From contig CM075988.1 of assembly GCA_038087875.1 (NCBI GenBank), positions 8,372,001-8,436,000 on the forward strand: DNA of 64,000 bases, in the 5' to 3' direction. A program made the translations under genes and the position numbers. The DNA is from Malacoraja senta (taxonomy: Eukaryota). Positions 50,724 through 62,789 of the stretch are shown in pieces (position 1 is the first letter of the stretch; the number at the start of each line of letters is the position of its first letter). The notes under the pieces are model-generated. The model ran no database searches. It was not told where the DNA came from and was given only the letters and a program-made list of their open reading frames with translations.

Positions 50724-51315
50724 GTCATAGTCATAGTCATGCAACACGGAAACAGGCCCTTTGGCCCAACCTGCCCATGCTAACCAAGATGCCCCATCTA
50801 CACTAAATACACCTGCCCGTGTTTGACTCATATCCCTCTAAACCTTTCCTATCCACTGCCTGCCCAAATATATTTTAAATGTTGTTACAGTAGCTGCCTC
50901 AACTACCTGCTCCAGCGGCTCACTCCAAATATTCACTACCCTCTGTGTGAAAAGATTCATTAACTACGAGGATGAAAAGATTGCCCCTCGGGTTCATATT
51001 AATTGTCTCCTCTCTTACCTAAAACCTATGTCCCTTGGTTCCCGATTCCCCAACTCTGTGTAAAAGTGTGCATTTACTCTATCTATTCCCCTCATGTTCG
51101 GTTACATAAAGATCACCTTCCATAATATCACCTCTGATCCTCCTGCACTCCAAGAATAAAGTCCTGCCCAACCTCACCCTGTAGCCGAGGCCCTCGATTC
51201 TTGGCAACATCCTTGTAAATCTTCTCTGCGCTCTTTCCAGTTTAGTAACATCGTTCCTATCGCAGGATGACCAAAACTGAACACAATACTCCCAAAATGG
51301 CCACACAAATATCTT
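50724..51315 (-). mobile_element. CR1 3' end
   Basis: EYCVQFWS...LERAQRRFTRMLP on minus strand; gtcatagtcatag tail. Confidence 0.85.
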
Positions 51316-51531
51316 TAAGAAGGAACTGCAGATGTTGGAAAATCGAAGGTGGACAAAAATGCTGGAGAAATTCAGCGGGTGAGGCAGCATCTATGGAGAG
51401 AAGGAACAGGCAACGTTTCGGGTTGAAACCCTCCATTAGTCTGAAGAAGGGTTTCGACCCGAAATGTTGCCTATTTCCTTCGCTCTATAGATGCTGCCTC
51501 ACCCGCTGAGTTTCTCCAACATTTTTGTCTA
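51316..51531. mobile_element. PLE fold-back element, subfamily B, with 14-bp TSD
   Basis: cacacaaatatctt at 51302-51315 and 51532-51545; ctgaagaagggtttcgacccgaaatgttgcc. Confidence 0.9.
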
Positions 51532-52084
51532 CACACAAATATCTTGTCTCGTCCCCGGCATGTCTCAAACATTGTGTAAACAAATATTTATATTCATGTC
51601 TGTAGCTACTAAAAACATTCATCCTTTTTTTCACGGAGCATTATTTTAAAAAAATAATAAAGATCGTAGTATCCAAAGTATTCTTAGAATCAATGCCATC
51701 CTCGTAGTTAATGAATTATGTTGCCAAACCCAGGCCGAGCACCTAACACTTAGTTCTCAAAGTGGTCTAAATACTTGATTACAATGTTAATGCTGGTGCC
51801 CCATAATGATCTTAGCACCCAACACAGTCAGAGTTCTCAATGCGATCTTGTTGTACAACACAATCCTTGATTTCACACAACCCAACACAGACATACTTGC
51901 GAACAAAGTCTTATCTGGTTTTGGCATCATACATGATTTAGTGCGTGTCATGGTCTTATTGTTCAACACAATTTTAGGGCCAAACATGATCTTGGAATGT
52001 AATGTTAGTGCCTTAGATTCTCAAAGCCCAACACGGATTTACTCCTCCACATGATATCACTGCCTAGTAAGGTCTTAGGGTAAA

Positions 52085-52320
52085 AGTTCATAAATTCATA
52101 AGGTATAGGATAAGAATTAGGCCATTCGGCCCATAAAGTCTACTCCACCATTCAACCATGGCTGATCTATCTTTCCCTCTCAACTCCATTCTCCTGCCTT
52201 CTCCCGATTACCTCTGACACCAGTACTGATCAAAAATCTGACAACCTCCACCTTAAAAGTATCCACAGCCTTCTGTGGCAATGAATTCCACAGATTTACC
52301 ACTCTCCGACTAAAGAAAAG
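52085..52320 (-). mobile_element. CR1 3' end
   Basis: gaattaggccattcggccc...gtggcaatgaattccacagatttacc. Confidence 0.85.
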
Positions 52321-52529
52321 TGCCTGGCATGATCTTAATATCCAACACAGTGTTAGTGCCTAATGATGTATTGTGGCCTTTACATAGTGGTATTGTTAAA
52401 CAGTGCATGTGCTCAACATGGGCACAGTGACTAACAAAGTCTTGTTGTCCAGTAAATCTTAGTTTATGATGCTTCTCAGCACCCAACACAATATTAGCCT
52501 CAGCCACAGTCATTGTGCCTGTGGTCTTA

Positions 52530-53086
52530 AAGGCCTGTCCCACCAGCATGCGACTGCATGCGGCGAGCGCGACCAAACGTGGTGGCTTGAGGCGTACGGC
52601 CTCGCGGGGTCGGTCCCACTTCCAACCGCGGAGCCGTATGGAGCTGGTCCCGACATCATACTCACCAATCAGCTAGGCAGGAGGCGGGCCGACTGAATTT
52701 GGACGTCGCACGGCGTCGGGCGGTTACGTCATCACGCAACGGCACGCCGGGCGGTGACGTCATCGCGCAACGCCAACGCTAGGCGTACGCCGTCGAGACG
52801 CTACGTACGGCGTCAAGATGCTGCATACGGCGTCGAGACGCTGCGTACGCCCATCGAGGCACTGCGTACGGCCTCAATGCGGCTGCGGGCCGACAGGCTG
52901 TTGCCGCGCGGGATTTTTAGACAGTGTCAGTTTTTCGGAACCCCGCGCGATGTCCGGACCAGCCCCGCACAACTCCATACGGCTCCGACGATCGAAGTGG
53001 GACCGGCCCCGCGAGGCCGTACGGCTCAAGCGACCACGTTAGGTCACGTTCGCCGCATGCAGTCACATGCTCGTGGGACAGGCCCT
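52530..53086. mobile_element. 557-bp MITE, PIF/Harbinger-like, ~115-bp TIRs
   Basis: aaggcctgtcccaccagcatgcgactgcatgcggcg... / ...cgccgcatgcagtcacatgctcgtgggacaggccct; TTA at 52527-29 and 53087-89; internal ~20-bp gcgtacggcgtcgagacgct repeats. Confidence 0.9.
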
Positions 53087-53239
53087 TTAATGTCCAACAA
53101 GGTTAAAACGTTCAATAGGATCTTAGTGCCAAATATAGACTTAATACTCAACATAGTCCGACTTTCAAATAAAGTCATGTTGCCCAGCACAAAGTGCCCA
53201 TCAATGAGGGTCAATGTACTCACTATAGTCTTAGTCCAA

Positions 53240-53462
53240 AGATAGATACAAAAAGCAGGAGTAACTCAGGGGGACAGCAGCATCTCTGGAGAGAGGGAAT
53301 GGGTGACGTTACCTTCTTCAGACCTTCTTCAGTCTGAAGAAGGGTCTCGACACGAAACATCACCCATTCCTTCGCTCCAGAGATGCTGCCGGTCCTGCTG
53401 AGTTACTCCAGCTTTTTTTGTCTATCTTCGGTTTACACTAGCATCTGCAGTTCCTTCCTACA
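53240..53462. mobile_element. PLE fold-back element
   Basis: accttcttcagaccttcttcagtctgaagaagggtctcgacacgaaacatcacc junction; inverted arms. Confidence 0.88.
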
Positions 53463-53524
53463 CTATACCTCTTAGTGCCAGACAATGAAAGCGGCCAACA
53501 TAGTCTTGGCACCTAACAAATTCT

Positions 53525-53820
53525 TAGTTTAGTTTAAAGATACAGCATGGAGACGGCCCTTCGGCCCATTGAGTCAATATCAACCGTCATTCACCCATCC
53601 ATACTAATTCTACACACTCTCTGCACACAAGGGACAATTTACAGAGACCAATTGGCCTACGTCTTAGCATGTGGGAGGAAACCAGAGCACCTGGAGGAAA
53701 CGCACGTGGACACAGGGGAATGTACAAACTCCACACAGACCGCAGCCGAGGTCATGATCGTAACCTAGGTCTCTAACGTTGTGAGACAACAGCTCTACCA
53801 GCTGCACCATTGTGCCACCT
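53525..53820 (-). mobile_element. V-SINE
   Basis: Tail, V-domain, head. Confidence 0.85.
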
Positions 53821-54176
53821 ATAAATGTTATGCAATATCATAAAATTATCCAAAAAACACTTTCGATTTTGAGTTTAACCTTCTACACATATGTAGCTGT
53901 CAACGGCTTAATTGCTTCTCTCTTCTGAAATATACTCAATAGCCTCTTGATATTTTCCTCACCATTCATTCTAATGTTTTGACTGTTATCCCATCGCACT
54001 AATCTATCAGCCAAATGGAAACAGTTCCACTTGATTTCCATCCATAACAATCAATATTTCGTCTTTGAATTTAACACTTTCCCCCACCCTCCCCAGCAAC
54101 ATTCACTGGATAATATCTCTGATCAATGAACCAAAAATCCCATTATCTGTCTATTCCTATAATTAAATTCTTTGAT

Positions 54177-54343
54177 GATAGACACAAAATGCTGGAGTAA
54201 CTCAGCGGGACAGACACCATCTCTGGATAGAAGGAATGGATAGAATTCCTTCCATCCAGAGATGCTGCCTGTCCCGCTGAGTTATTCCAGCATTTTGCGT
54301 CTATCTTCGGTGTAAACCAGCAACTGCAGTTCCTTTCCACACA
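54177..54343. mobile_element. PLE fold-back lacking the ribozyme core
   Basis: Arms join at gaaggaatggatagaattccttcc, just 3' of the predicted cleavage site. Confidence 0.85.
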
Positions 54344-54791
54344 ATAATATCTTTGCTTTTCCTGCTGTCACAATTAAATTCTTATTTGTCATCCTGCTGT
54401 AAGTAAGAATTTCTTTGTTCCATTGTGGATACATATGACAATTAAACGCTTTTGACTCTTTGACTGTTGTACGTTTTTGATTCTATTCGGCATGTTGAAT
54501 CTATGTAAACTTCTAGAGTGGAATCCATGAATTAAACATTTCCCTCCTACAGCACAACCCAAGAAGGCTCGGCCCAGTGCTAGTCTCTGAGGAATCTCTC
54601 CAATCACATTTGATTTTCATGGGGAAATGAATGACAGAGCAGGAAGCAATCCTCAAAACAGCTGTAACATTCCCACAACCTCTTGTGAAAAGTGTGACTT
54701 TATTAAATCATTGTTATTATCTCTTGAACTCGATACACCATTTCCTGCCGAACATTTCCTTATTAATCCAGCCTCCTGTAGGTAGTCTTGG

Positions 54792-55320
54792 TTAGCTTAG
54801 TTTAGTTTAGTTTATTATTACATGTACTGTAGGTACAGTGAAAAGCTTGTATAGCCTGCTAATCAGTCAGCGGAACAACTATACATGTGTTAAAGAAGGA
54901 ACTGCAGATGCTGGAAAATCGAAGGTATACAAAAATGCTGGAGAAACTCAGCGGGTGCAGCAGCATCTATGGAGCGAAGGAAATAGGTAACGTTTCGGGC
55001 CGAAACCCTTCTTCAGACTATACATGATGTCCACCATGTGCAGATACGTGATAAAGGGAATAATGTTTAGTGCAAAATAAAGTCCAGTAACATCGATTAA
55101 AGATAGTCCAAAGGTCTTCGATGAGGTAGACAGTTGCTCAGGACCACTCTCTAGTTGTTGGGGATGATTTAGTTGCCTGATAACAGCTGAGAAGTAACTG
55201 TCCCTTAATCTGGAGGTATGCATGTTCACACCTCTGTAACTCCTGCCTGGGAGAAGGGAGGAGAGGGAGTGACCAGGGTAAAACTCATCCTCGATTATTC
55301 TGGTGGCCTTGCCGAGAGAA
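54792..55320 (-). mobile_element. Rex1/Babar 3' end with nested PLE monomer
   Basis: LGKATRIIEDEFYPGHSL...TSRLRDSYFSAVIRQLN; (gttta)n tail. Confidence 0.85.
54890..55018 (-). mobile_element. PLE monomer, subfamily B, intact hammerhead core, 10-bp flanking repeat
   Basis: Minus strand gtCTGAAGAaGGGTttcgGCCCGAAAcgttacc; actatacatg at 54878-87 and 55017-26. Confidence 0.88.
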
Positions 55321-55813
55321 CGTGAAGTGCGGATGGTCCAAGCAATATTGATGTTGATCTCAATGAAGGAGGCCAGTCGGTGGTGTTGAGGAGTGGGACG
55401 TTTCTTTGCATAATTATTGTCTGAAGTAACCTGTAATTCTTTCTTTCCTGCAGAAGGGGTAAAGAGGGGAGTGGGTGCCATCTGTAAAATGATGTACAAT
55501 GCAGTGGAAACACACTGTGGTCTTTAATTCTCCTCACTGCTCGAAGGCTATGATTGAAGGGATTAGAAGGCTTCCTTGCTTGCTACTTCCCTGCTGCTAT
55601 ACACCCATGAATACAGAGCGAATACTTATAGGCATTCACTCTATGATTATCATTCTCTGGCAGAAGAATCTCAAAGAGCAGAGGTCAGCTACCAAAAAAT
55701 GATTGTTTAAATTAAAGATATTTGAGAAATGTTTTGCATGCCTTTGTCTTATGAAGGGGTTTAGGCTGGTGGTGGAAATTGGGAGGTCTTTGGTCCTGCT
55801 TATAAATAATCTG

Positions 55814-55909
55814 AGGTACACAAAAATGCTGGAGAAACTCAACGGGTGCAGCAGCATCTATGGAGCGAAGGAAATAGGTAAAGTTTCGGGCCGAAACCCT
55901 TCTTCAGAG
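55814..55909 (-). mobile_element. PLE monomer, subfamily B
   Basis: gtttcgggccgaaacccttcttcag; body near-identical to 54930-55016. Confidence 0.85.
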
Positions 55910-56147
55910 AATCTGTGTTTGTGTCTGTGTGTGCATGAAATGTGTGTATTGTGTGTGCACGCGTGTGTGTCTGTGTGAGTGTGGTGCGTGTGAGTGAATG
56001 CATGTGCAAGCTTGTAAGTTCACATGTAGACAATTCACATTTTTGACCACAAAATACCTTGGCTCAGATGTACCAACAGAAGACAATGAGCACTGAATAC
56101 TCTTTATGGCGTGCACAAAGCAACACACATCGAATACAGAGACAGAG

Positions 56148-56285
56148 AGGTGCAAGAAGCTGCAGATGCTGGTTTACAAAAGAAACACAAAGTGCTGGAG
56201 TAACTCAGTGGATCAGGAAACATCTCTGGAGAACATGGATAGGTGACATTTCAAGGCTGAAGTAAGTCCCAACCCAACGTCAGAT
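56148..56285 (-). mobile_element. PLE 3'-end copy
   Basis: ctgcagatgctgg...ggataggtgacatttc. Confidence 0.8.
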
Positions 56286-56639
56286 ACAGTTCTCTATCAA
56301 TTTAGGAACAATGCAACATTAAAAAAATCCGCTTCTTCAACCCCAAGTTTAAATTAAATGGATCCCTGCATCACTTTGCTGTCACGTAGCTAGCCCGTGC
56401 TCTGGAGTGATTGTTACATGTGCAAACTGTCATTGTTTCCGCTCCAGTTACACCATCAACCATAGTTGAAAGGACACTGCTGCAGGAGCTTCACCAACAT
56501 GCTCTCCTTGGTGTGCTTGCCTGCTGAGGGACTGCTTTGTCAAGGTCAAACTGAATTTTCTTTTTGCTTGAGGGAAAGGAAAGGACTATTGGTTTGGTTT
56601 CTTTGGGAAAACAAGGATATCTAGGGGTGAAAGGTGGAA

Positions 56640-56858
56640 ACCCAGAACTGCGGATGCTGGTTTATACCGAAGATATGCCAAAAGTACTATAGTAACTCAG
56701 CGGATCAGGCAGTATCTGGATAAAAAGGATACGTGATGTTTCTGGTCAGGACTTCTTCAGACTGAAGAAGGGTCCTGACCCGAATCTTCACCCATCCTTT
56801 TTCTCCAGAGATGTTGCCTGACCAGCTGAGTTACTCCAGTAGTTTGTGTCTACCTTTG
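56640..56858. mobile_element. PLE fold-back element
   Basis: cttcttcagactgaagaagggtcctgacccgaa junction; inverted arms. Confidence 0.85.
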
Positions 56859-57681
56859 GGTGATGAAACAGAAATCTAATGGTGCATACTCTCCCTATAA
56901 GGGTTTCAGTTCCAGTTTCCTCCCACATTCCAAAGACTGCTGTGAATTACCCCCGTGTGTTGGCAGGTGCTGGGGAATTAGGATGGTGTTTATGGGGATG
57001 TGAGAAAGAGTAATTTCAAGGTGAAAATAATGGGTGGATAAGGCTGAAGGGATTACACTGTGAGCTGGCATAGACTCAATGGGTTGAATGGCCTTCTTCA
57101 ATGTTGAAAGAAACTATGAGAAGATGGCAAACTGTTTCACTGCAATGGAAGATTCATGCTGCAGTAGATTAAAGATACAGCTCAAAGGTCACTAATAAGT
57201 GCAGGCAGACTAAATCTTTTCACCCAAGGGATAATCAGGTTTTTGAGTAAATTAGAAGTACATTGAAACTGGTTGTTTCATTTATTTGAGAAGGAAAGGA
57301 TTACAAGACAGAAGTAATAGATAGGTGGATGAGATTGTAATAGGGTCAACCAATCTCAATTATAAAGGCCCTTTAATATTTCTGAACAATTTTATGGTGC
57401 TTATTACGAAATTCACAAAATCAGCCACAACTATCACCCATTTTACCACATTCAAAACTCAACTTGATAAATGAAAAGAGATCAAGCACAGGGCTGTGAT
57501 TGTCCAAACTATGGATGGAAAATTATTGGTAAATTAACCCGCTGAGTTACTCCAACATTTTGTGTCTATGCCCAAATCAATGCCACTCTCTGCTTCTTCA
57601 ATAACTGTTAATATTGTGACTTCCAACCAATTAACTCCATTTTGAGCTGAGATCTTGAGGATAGGTTGATGTAGCTGAACT

Positions 57682-58219
57682 CAATAGACAATAGACAATA
57701 GTTGAAGCACTAGGCCATTCGCCCCTTTGAGCCAGCACCGCCATTCAATGTGATCATGGCTGATCATCCCCAATCAGTACCCCATTCCTGCCTTCTCCCC
57801 ATATCCCCATGACTCCACTATCTTTAAGAGCCCTATCTAGCTCTCTCTTGGAAGTATCCTGAGAATCAGCCTCCACTGCCCTCTGAGCCAGAGAATTCCA
57901 CAGACTCACAACTCTCTGTGAGAAAAAGTGTTTCCTCGTCTCCGTTCTAAATGGCTTACCCCTTATTCTTAAACTCTGGCTTCTGGTTCCGGACTCCCCC
58001 AACATCGGGAACATGTTTCCTGCCTCTAGTGTGTCCGAACCCTTAATAATCTTATATGTTTCAATAAGATCCCCTCTCACGCTTCTAAACTCCAGAGTAT
58101 ACAAGCCCAGCCGCTCCATTCTCTCAGCTTATGACAGTCCCGCCATCCCAGGAATTAACCTTGTAAACCTACGCTGCACTCCCTCAATAGCAAGAATGTC
58201 CTTCCTCAAATTAGGAGAC
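57682..58219 (-). mobile_element. Young CR1 3' end, same family as 45057-45694
   Basis: MERLGLYTLEFR..GDLIETYKII...; caatagacaatagacaatag tail. Confidence 0.95.
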
Positions 58220-58486
58220 CTCAGTTGGTGTTGGACGGGACAGACTCTTCGATACAGCACCAGCCCACCTTCACTCTGTATATCAGTTGATCTACTGGTG
58301 GAGACATTGCCTCAAGAAGGCAGCTAATACCATCAAAGTCCCATCACCCTGGGCATGCTCGAATCTTGCTGCGACCACTGGGAAGAAGGTACAGGAGCCT
58401 GGAAACCATGACCTCCAGGTTCAAGTCTTCCCAGCAACCAAGTTGCTTTTAAACGCTGCACAACATAAACCGCAATCCCAGTAATG

Positions 58487-58618
58487 GTGTAAGAAGGAAC
58501 TGCAGATGCTGGTTTAAACCGAAGATATACACGAAAAGCTGTAGTAACTCATCGGGACAGGCAGCATCTTTGGAGAGAAGGAATGAGTGACGTTTCGGGT
58601 CGAGACCCTTCGTCAGAC
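58487..58618 (-). mobile_element. PLE monomer with intact hammerhead
   Basis: Full tail through to the ribozyme; ccagtaat at 58478-85 and 58618-25. Confidence 0.88.
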
Positions 58619-58619
58619 C
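58585..58619 (-). ncRNA. Minimal hammerhead ribozyme motif (intact core)
   Basis: Minus strand ggt-CTGACGA-a-GGGT-ctcg-ACCC-GAAA-c-GTC-act. Confidence 0.75.
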
Positions 58620-59445
58620 AGTAATTATGATCTTCTATGGACTTTGTTTTGGTTGCATTACAGACTTAGGATTTGCACTGTTATAGTCTGGTTACCTTGT
58701 GTTACTGATTATTAATTTATTATTTTATTGATTATTGTATATTAATGTGTGTGTTATTGTGTTAATGGGCCTGTTAAGTTGCAGCAAGTAAGACTATTAT
58801 TGTTCCATTGCCAGTACATATGACAATTAAACACGTTTTACTTTGACCTTGGCTGATCCACTCTAAGCTAGGTTGAATTTCATAATTTTATTGGTAATGG
58901 TGTATTAATGTCAAGTGTACCGAGTCACGGCAAAAAATGTTATTAGAGGTGATTCTTCAGACAGAGCAGACTGGTGGCATCCATTTCCTCTCCAGAAATG
59001 TGGCCATTGTCTCTCAGAAGATGTACCCACGCTGAGATATTCCTGCTGTGTGTCCATCCACCTTCCACACACAGAGCAGCCAGCTTGGGGCGCAGGTTTA
59101 GTTGCTGGCAGCCTAATAAGCAATGGGATGGACTGGTTTGCGATACATCAGTGGGTATATCAATGTAATATAACACATTTCTGACACATATATTTACATT
59201 CAAATCCTGGAAGTGAATAATTGAAGTGGGTTTCATCCATTATCTCATCGCATGCAACCAATTATCCGGTGACTTGGAACAGCCTCTCCAACCCATTAAA
59301 CCAACTTGCTAGGAACTCATAAAGCAGCTGAATTGACAGTGTACACCCATTAGTAGCAATGTGCTTGAACATAAATGCTGATGCACCTTCGCCTTACTCA
59401 AGGACACAAAACGAGGAAACTTGGAAGCTGCGTTAAACTGTCCTG

Positions 59446-59762
59446 AGTTTAGTTTAGTGTAGAGATGCAGCATGGAAACAGGCCTTTTAGCCCACCGAGT
59501 CCATGCCCACCATCGATCACCCATTCACACTTGGTCTATGTTATCCCACTTTTGCAAGTGTTCCCTACACTCTAGAGGTCAATTCATAAACACACTCGCA
59601 CATTTTGGGATGTGGGATGAAACCGCAATCCCCCGGAGGAAACCCACGTGGTCACAGGGAGAACATGCAAACACTGCACAGACAGCAGCCGAGGTCAGGA
59701 TCGAACCCAGGTCTCTGGCGCTGTGGGGCAACAGCTCTACCAACTGTGCCATTGTACCACCC
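59446..59762 (-). mobile_element. V-SINE, full length
   Basis: Tail, V-domain, head. Confidence 0.88.
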
Positions 59763-59829
59763 TATTCCCATCCATTCTCAGGAAGGATTCATTAAATGTG
59801 ATATATGCATGCGATTCTGGGCAAAGTGA

Positions 59830-60065
59830 AGACACAAGCAACTGCAGATGCTGGAGGAACTCATAGGGTCAGACAGCATCTGTGCTGGAAACAGACAGGT
59901 AATGCTTCGGGTCGGGACCCAGATTCTAGGCCAATATGCCCAAATGTATGGGTCTGAAGAAGGGTTCCAATCCGAAACATCCTCTTTCTCCGGAGATGCT
60001 TTTTCTCCTTTTTCTCCAGAGATGCTGCCTGGCCCATTGCATTACTCCAGCACTTTGCGTCTATC
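59830..60065. mobile_element. PLE fold-back element with spacer
   Basis: gcttcgggtcgggaccc ... gggtctgaagaagggttccaatccgaaacatcc. Confidence 0.8.
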
Positions 60066-60221
60066 AGGGGAACATTTGTCAGATCCCTATTAACACTGAT
60101 CCAGTTGGGTTTAGTTACTGGTGGAGATTGATTGTCCTGAATATCCTGCAGAAGAATAAGCCACTTGGCCCGCACACGCCAGGGTAATTAATGCATTTAA
60201 TATTCCCTCTCCGTGTTTCAG

Positions 60222-60562
60222 ATCAAGTTCACAAGTGATAGGAACAGAATTAGGCCATTCGGCCCATCAAGTCTACTCCACCATTCAATCATGGTTGATC
60301 TATCTCTCCCTTCTAACCCCATTCTCATGCCTTCTCCCCATAGCCCCTGACACACGTACTAACCAAGAATCTATCTATCTCTGCCTTAAAAATATCCATT
60401 GACGGCCTCCACAGCCTTCTGTGGCAATGAATTCTACAGATTCACCACCCTCTGACTAAAGACATTTCTCCTCATCTCCTTCCTAAAGGAACGTCCTTTA
60501 ATTCTGAGGCCATTACCTCTGGCCCTAGACTCTCCCACTAGTGGAAACATCCTCTCCAATCC
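60222..60562 (-). mobile_element. CR1 3' end
   Basis: LERMFPLVGESRARG...RKEMRRNVFSQRVVNL on minus strand. Confidence 0.9.
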
Positions 60563-61884
60563 TCTCCTTGATGTAAAGTATGTTATATTGTGCCATCCAT
60601 AGACTAGGGTACCGCAGCATTGCACTTACCAATCCCACTTTGCCACTCTGTCATGGACACACCATGGTTACATTTCGCTGCACACCACAATGTATTAACC
60701 CATTGACCGACACGACAACTGCAGTCGTGTCACCATCTTTTGCGCCTAAACCAGGTGTTTTCCCAGCTAATTGGAGTCCTCTCAGCGAGAAACTGTATTT
60801 CGGCAAAGTTACAGCTTGCTGCTATATAGAGACAGCGGGCGGAAGCAGAATTAGCTCTTGAAAGGGTTAATCAGAACCCAGCCACATATCATTTCGAGAG
60901 TTCAGTAATTATAAAGAGCGGATCCAGAGGCTGACGATGACAAGTAGCTTGGGTTTCAGCATTTTATGGAGCTGATGTAAAATGCACATGTATTAGGGGC
61001 ACACTTAAAGCCCAAATAACTATATTTATTTGCTCAAGGTAATTACAAAGCCTGCTGCTGTTTCCTGTTCTCTACCCTCCTCCTTACTGTAGTGTGAAAT
61101 CCACAGGAAGAAGCCATCAGGCACCATCCCTGAGGTCTCACCCATTAATGCCCAAACCTTGACTCTCAGGCAAGAGCTTGCTGAAATTGTACCTTTCGAT
61201 TTCTTGATATAGAGCGCTCCAGAAGGGAAGGGGTGATTCATATCTCGCATGCCAATCTCATGGCAGGAACAGAATCTCCAGAGACTTGTTATATTTAGTC
61301 ATTCTGCCTTATTGTTAAAACACCAGAACTCCTAATAGCTGCAATTACATAGCAGGGTTGACAATGCCTGTTCGCTCGGGGGCAACTCTTCCAGCATCTC
61401 CTTTCTCTGGGACTCTGAATGGGCTGCTTCCTCCTTCCACCTGACCCACCCTGTCACACTCCACTAACAGAAGCGTTACAATCCATAACCTCTGCCTTGT
61501 TAATTCTCTCATTACTCTTGCCATATTTCCAAGCTTCGCTTCTACTCTGCACTGCAGGCCTTAGGGTCTGTTTATTCAATAAAAGGCTAGAGGGCCTCTT
61601 TCCAATTATTGGATTGATTTTAACTAAACTGCTTTCTCTGTTCACCTACACTAAATCCAAAGATAACACAAAACACCAGGAGCCTAATTCTAAACTTTGC
61701 ACACTTTGCGTGTTGAGTTTATTAAAAATCATTCCACACATCTGTTCCATTAATTGTGATTGTGAAATAATATGGATAAAATAACGGAGAGACGTAACGA
61801 CAATCAATGAATGAATGACACAGTCATGGGATGAACAGTGAATTGAGGTTGGATGTTTTGCCATTGGGAAGGAAAAGAACAGAA

Positions 61885-62168
61885 GGTCCGTGGTGGTACA
61901 GTGGTAGAGCTCTGGTAAAGCCAGAGACACAGGTTCGATCCTGACCTCGGGCGCTATCTAAGTGGAGTTTGCACGTTCACCCTGTGGACACGTGGGTTTT
62001 CATCAGGTACTTGGTTTTCTCCCACATCCCAAAGACGTGCGGAATTGATCTCTTTAAATTGCGGGATTGGATGAGAAAGTGAGATAACATGGAACTAGTG
62101 TGACTGAGTGATTGATGGTCAGTGCAAACTGGCTTGGCTGAAAGGCCTGTTTCCATGCTGTATCTAAC
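61885..62168 (+). mobile_element. V-SINE
   Basis: Head, V-domain, tail aaggcctgtttccatgctgtatc. Confidence 0.85.
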
Positions 62169-62789
62169 ATGGTGCGATCTACTCTGCCCTGGAAGTCTAA
62201 GAACAGGACAAGATCATCTAGCCCTTCCAACCAGTTCCACCAATGAATGAAAGCATGGACAATCTTGCCTTCCTCAAACACTAATCCATTGGTATTCAAG
62301 ACTAGAAAAATAAAAGATTTGAAACAAAAGCCCATTGAGCTGATATGTTAATTCTGTTTCTATTTCTCAAATGCTGCCTGACCTGTTGAGTGATCTTAGC
62401 ATTTTCCGTTTACCTGGCTGATTCGAGTTGTAACTGAGGTTGCATCCATTACATTTTGCAGGCAAGTTCAGTTCTTCGACTGGCTTTGTGTGAAGCAGGG
62501 TTTCTTAACTTCCTACCTGCCTTTGATTAGACTGTTGCATGTACAGGTCCCCCACCAGCAATTCCACAGCTACCATACAAACTCCTGAACACTTCAATCA
62601 ACTTACAGGGAATGTAAGCCAAGCTCGTATGATTGCAATTTTCACCCCAGAGCTCTGTCAATCCACGAGACTTGCAAAAACGGGCTACTGTTTTACGGTA
62701 TCAGAATAAGTCAGATTTTCCGTTGCAAAGAAGTCCAAACATGCAAACATGCATGCATAAACAGAGAATAAGAGGTGGTGGGTTTCTTA

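Larger units (their letters stand above)
51660..53526. repeat. Ancient 18-bp minisatellite interrupted by three TEs
   Basis: Units like tcttagcacccaacacag, tcttgttgtacaacacaa, ttttagggccaaacatga, tcttagtgccaaatatag, acttaatactcaacatag. Confidence 0.75.
58250..58850 (+). mobile_element. Decayed Rex1/Babar 3' end with nested PLE monomer
   Basis: RHCLKKAANTIK...; gttccattgccagtacatatgacaattaaac tail. Confidence 0.75.

Noticed and set aside
52754..53245. 163-aa Arg-rich ORF
   Set aside because: Crosses a MITE TIR into a minisatellite; no transposase motifs.
51660..53526. CRISPR-like periodicity
   Set aside because: No invariant repeat with unique spacers, no cas genes, and a vertebrate context.
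54948..55499. 183-aa minus-strand ORF
   Set aside because: Chance read-through of unique DNA, a Rex1 3' end and a PLE unit.
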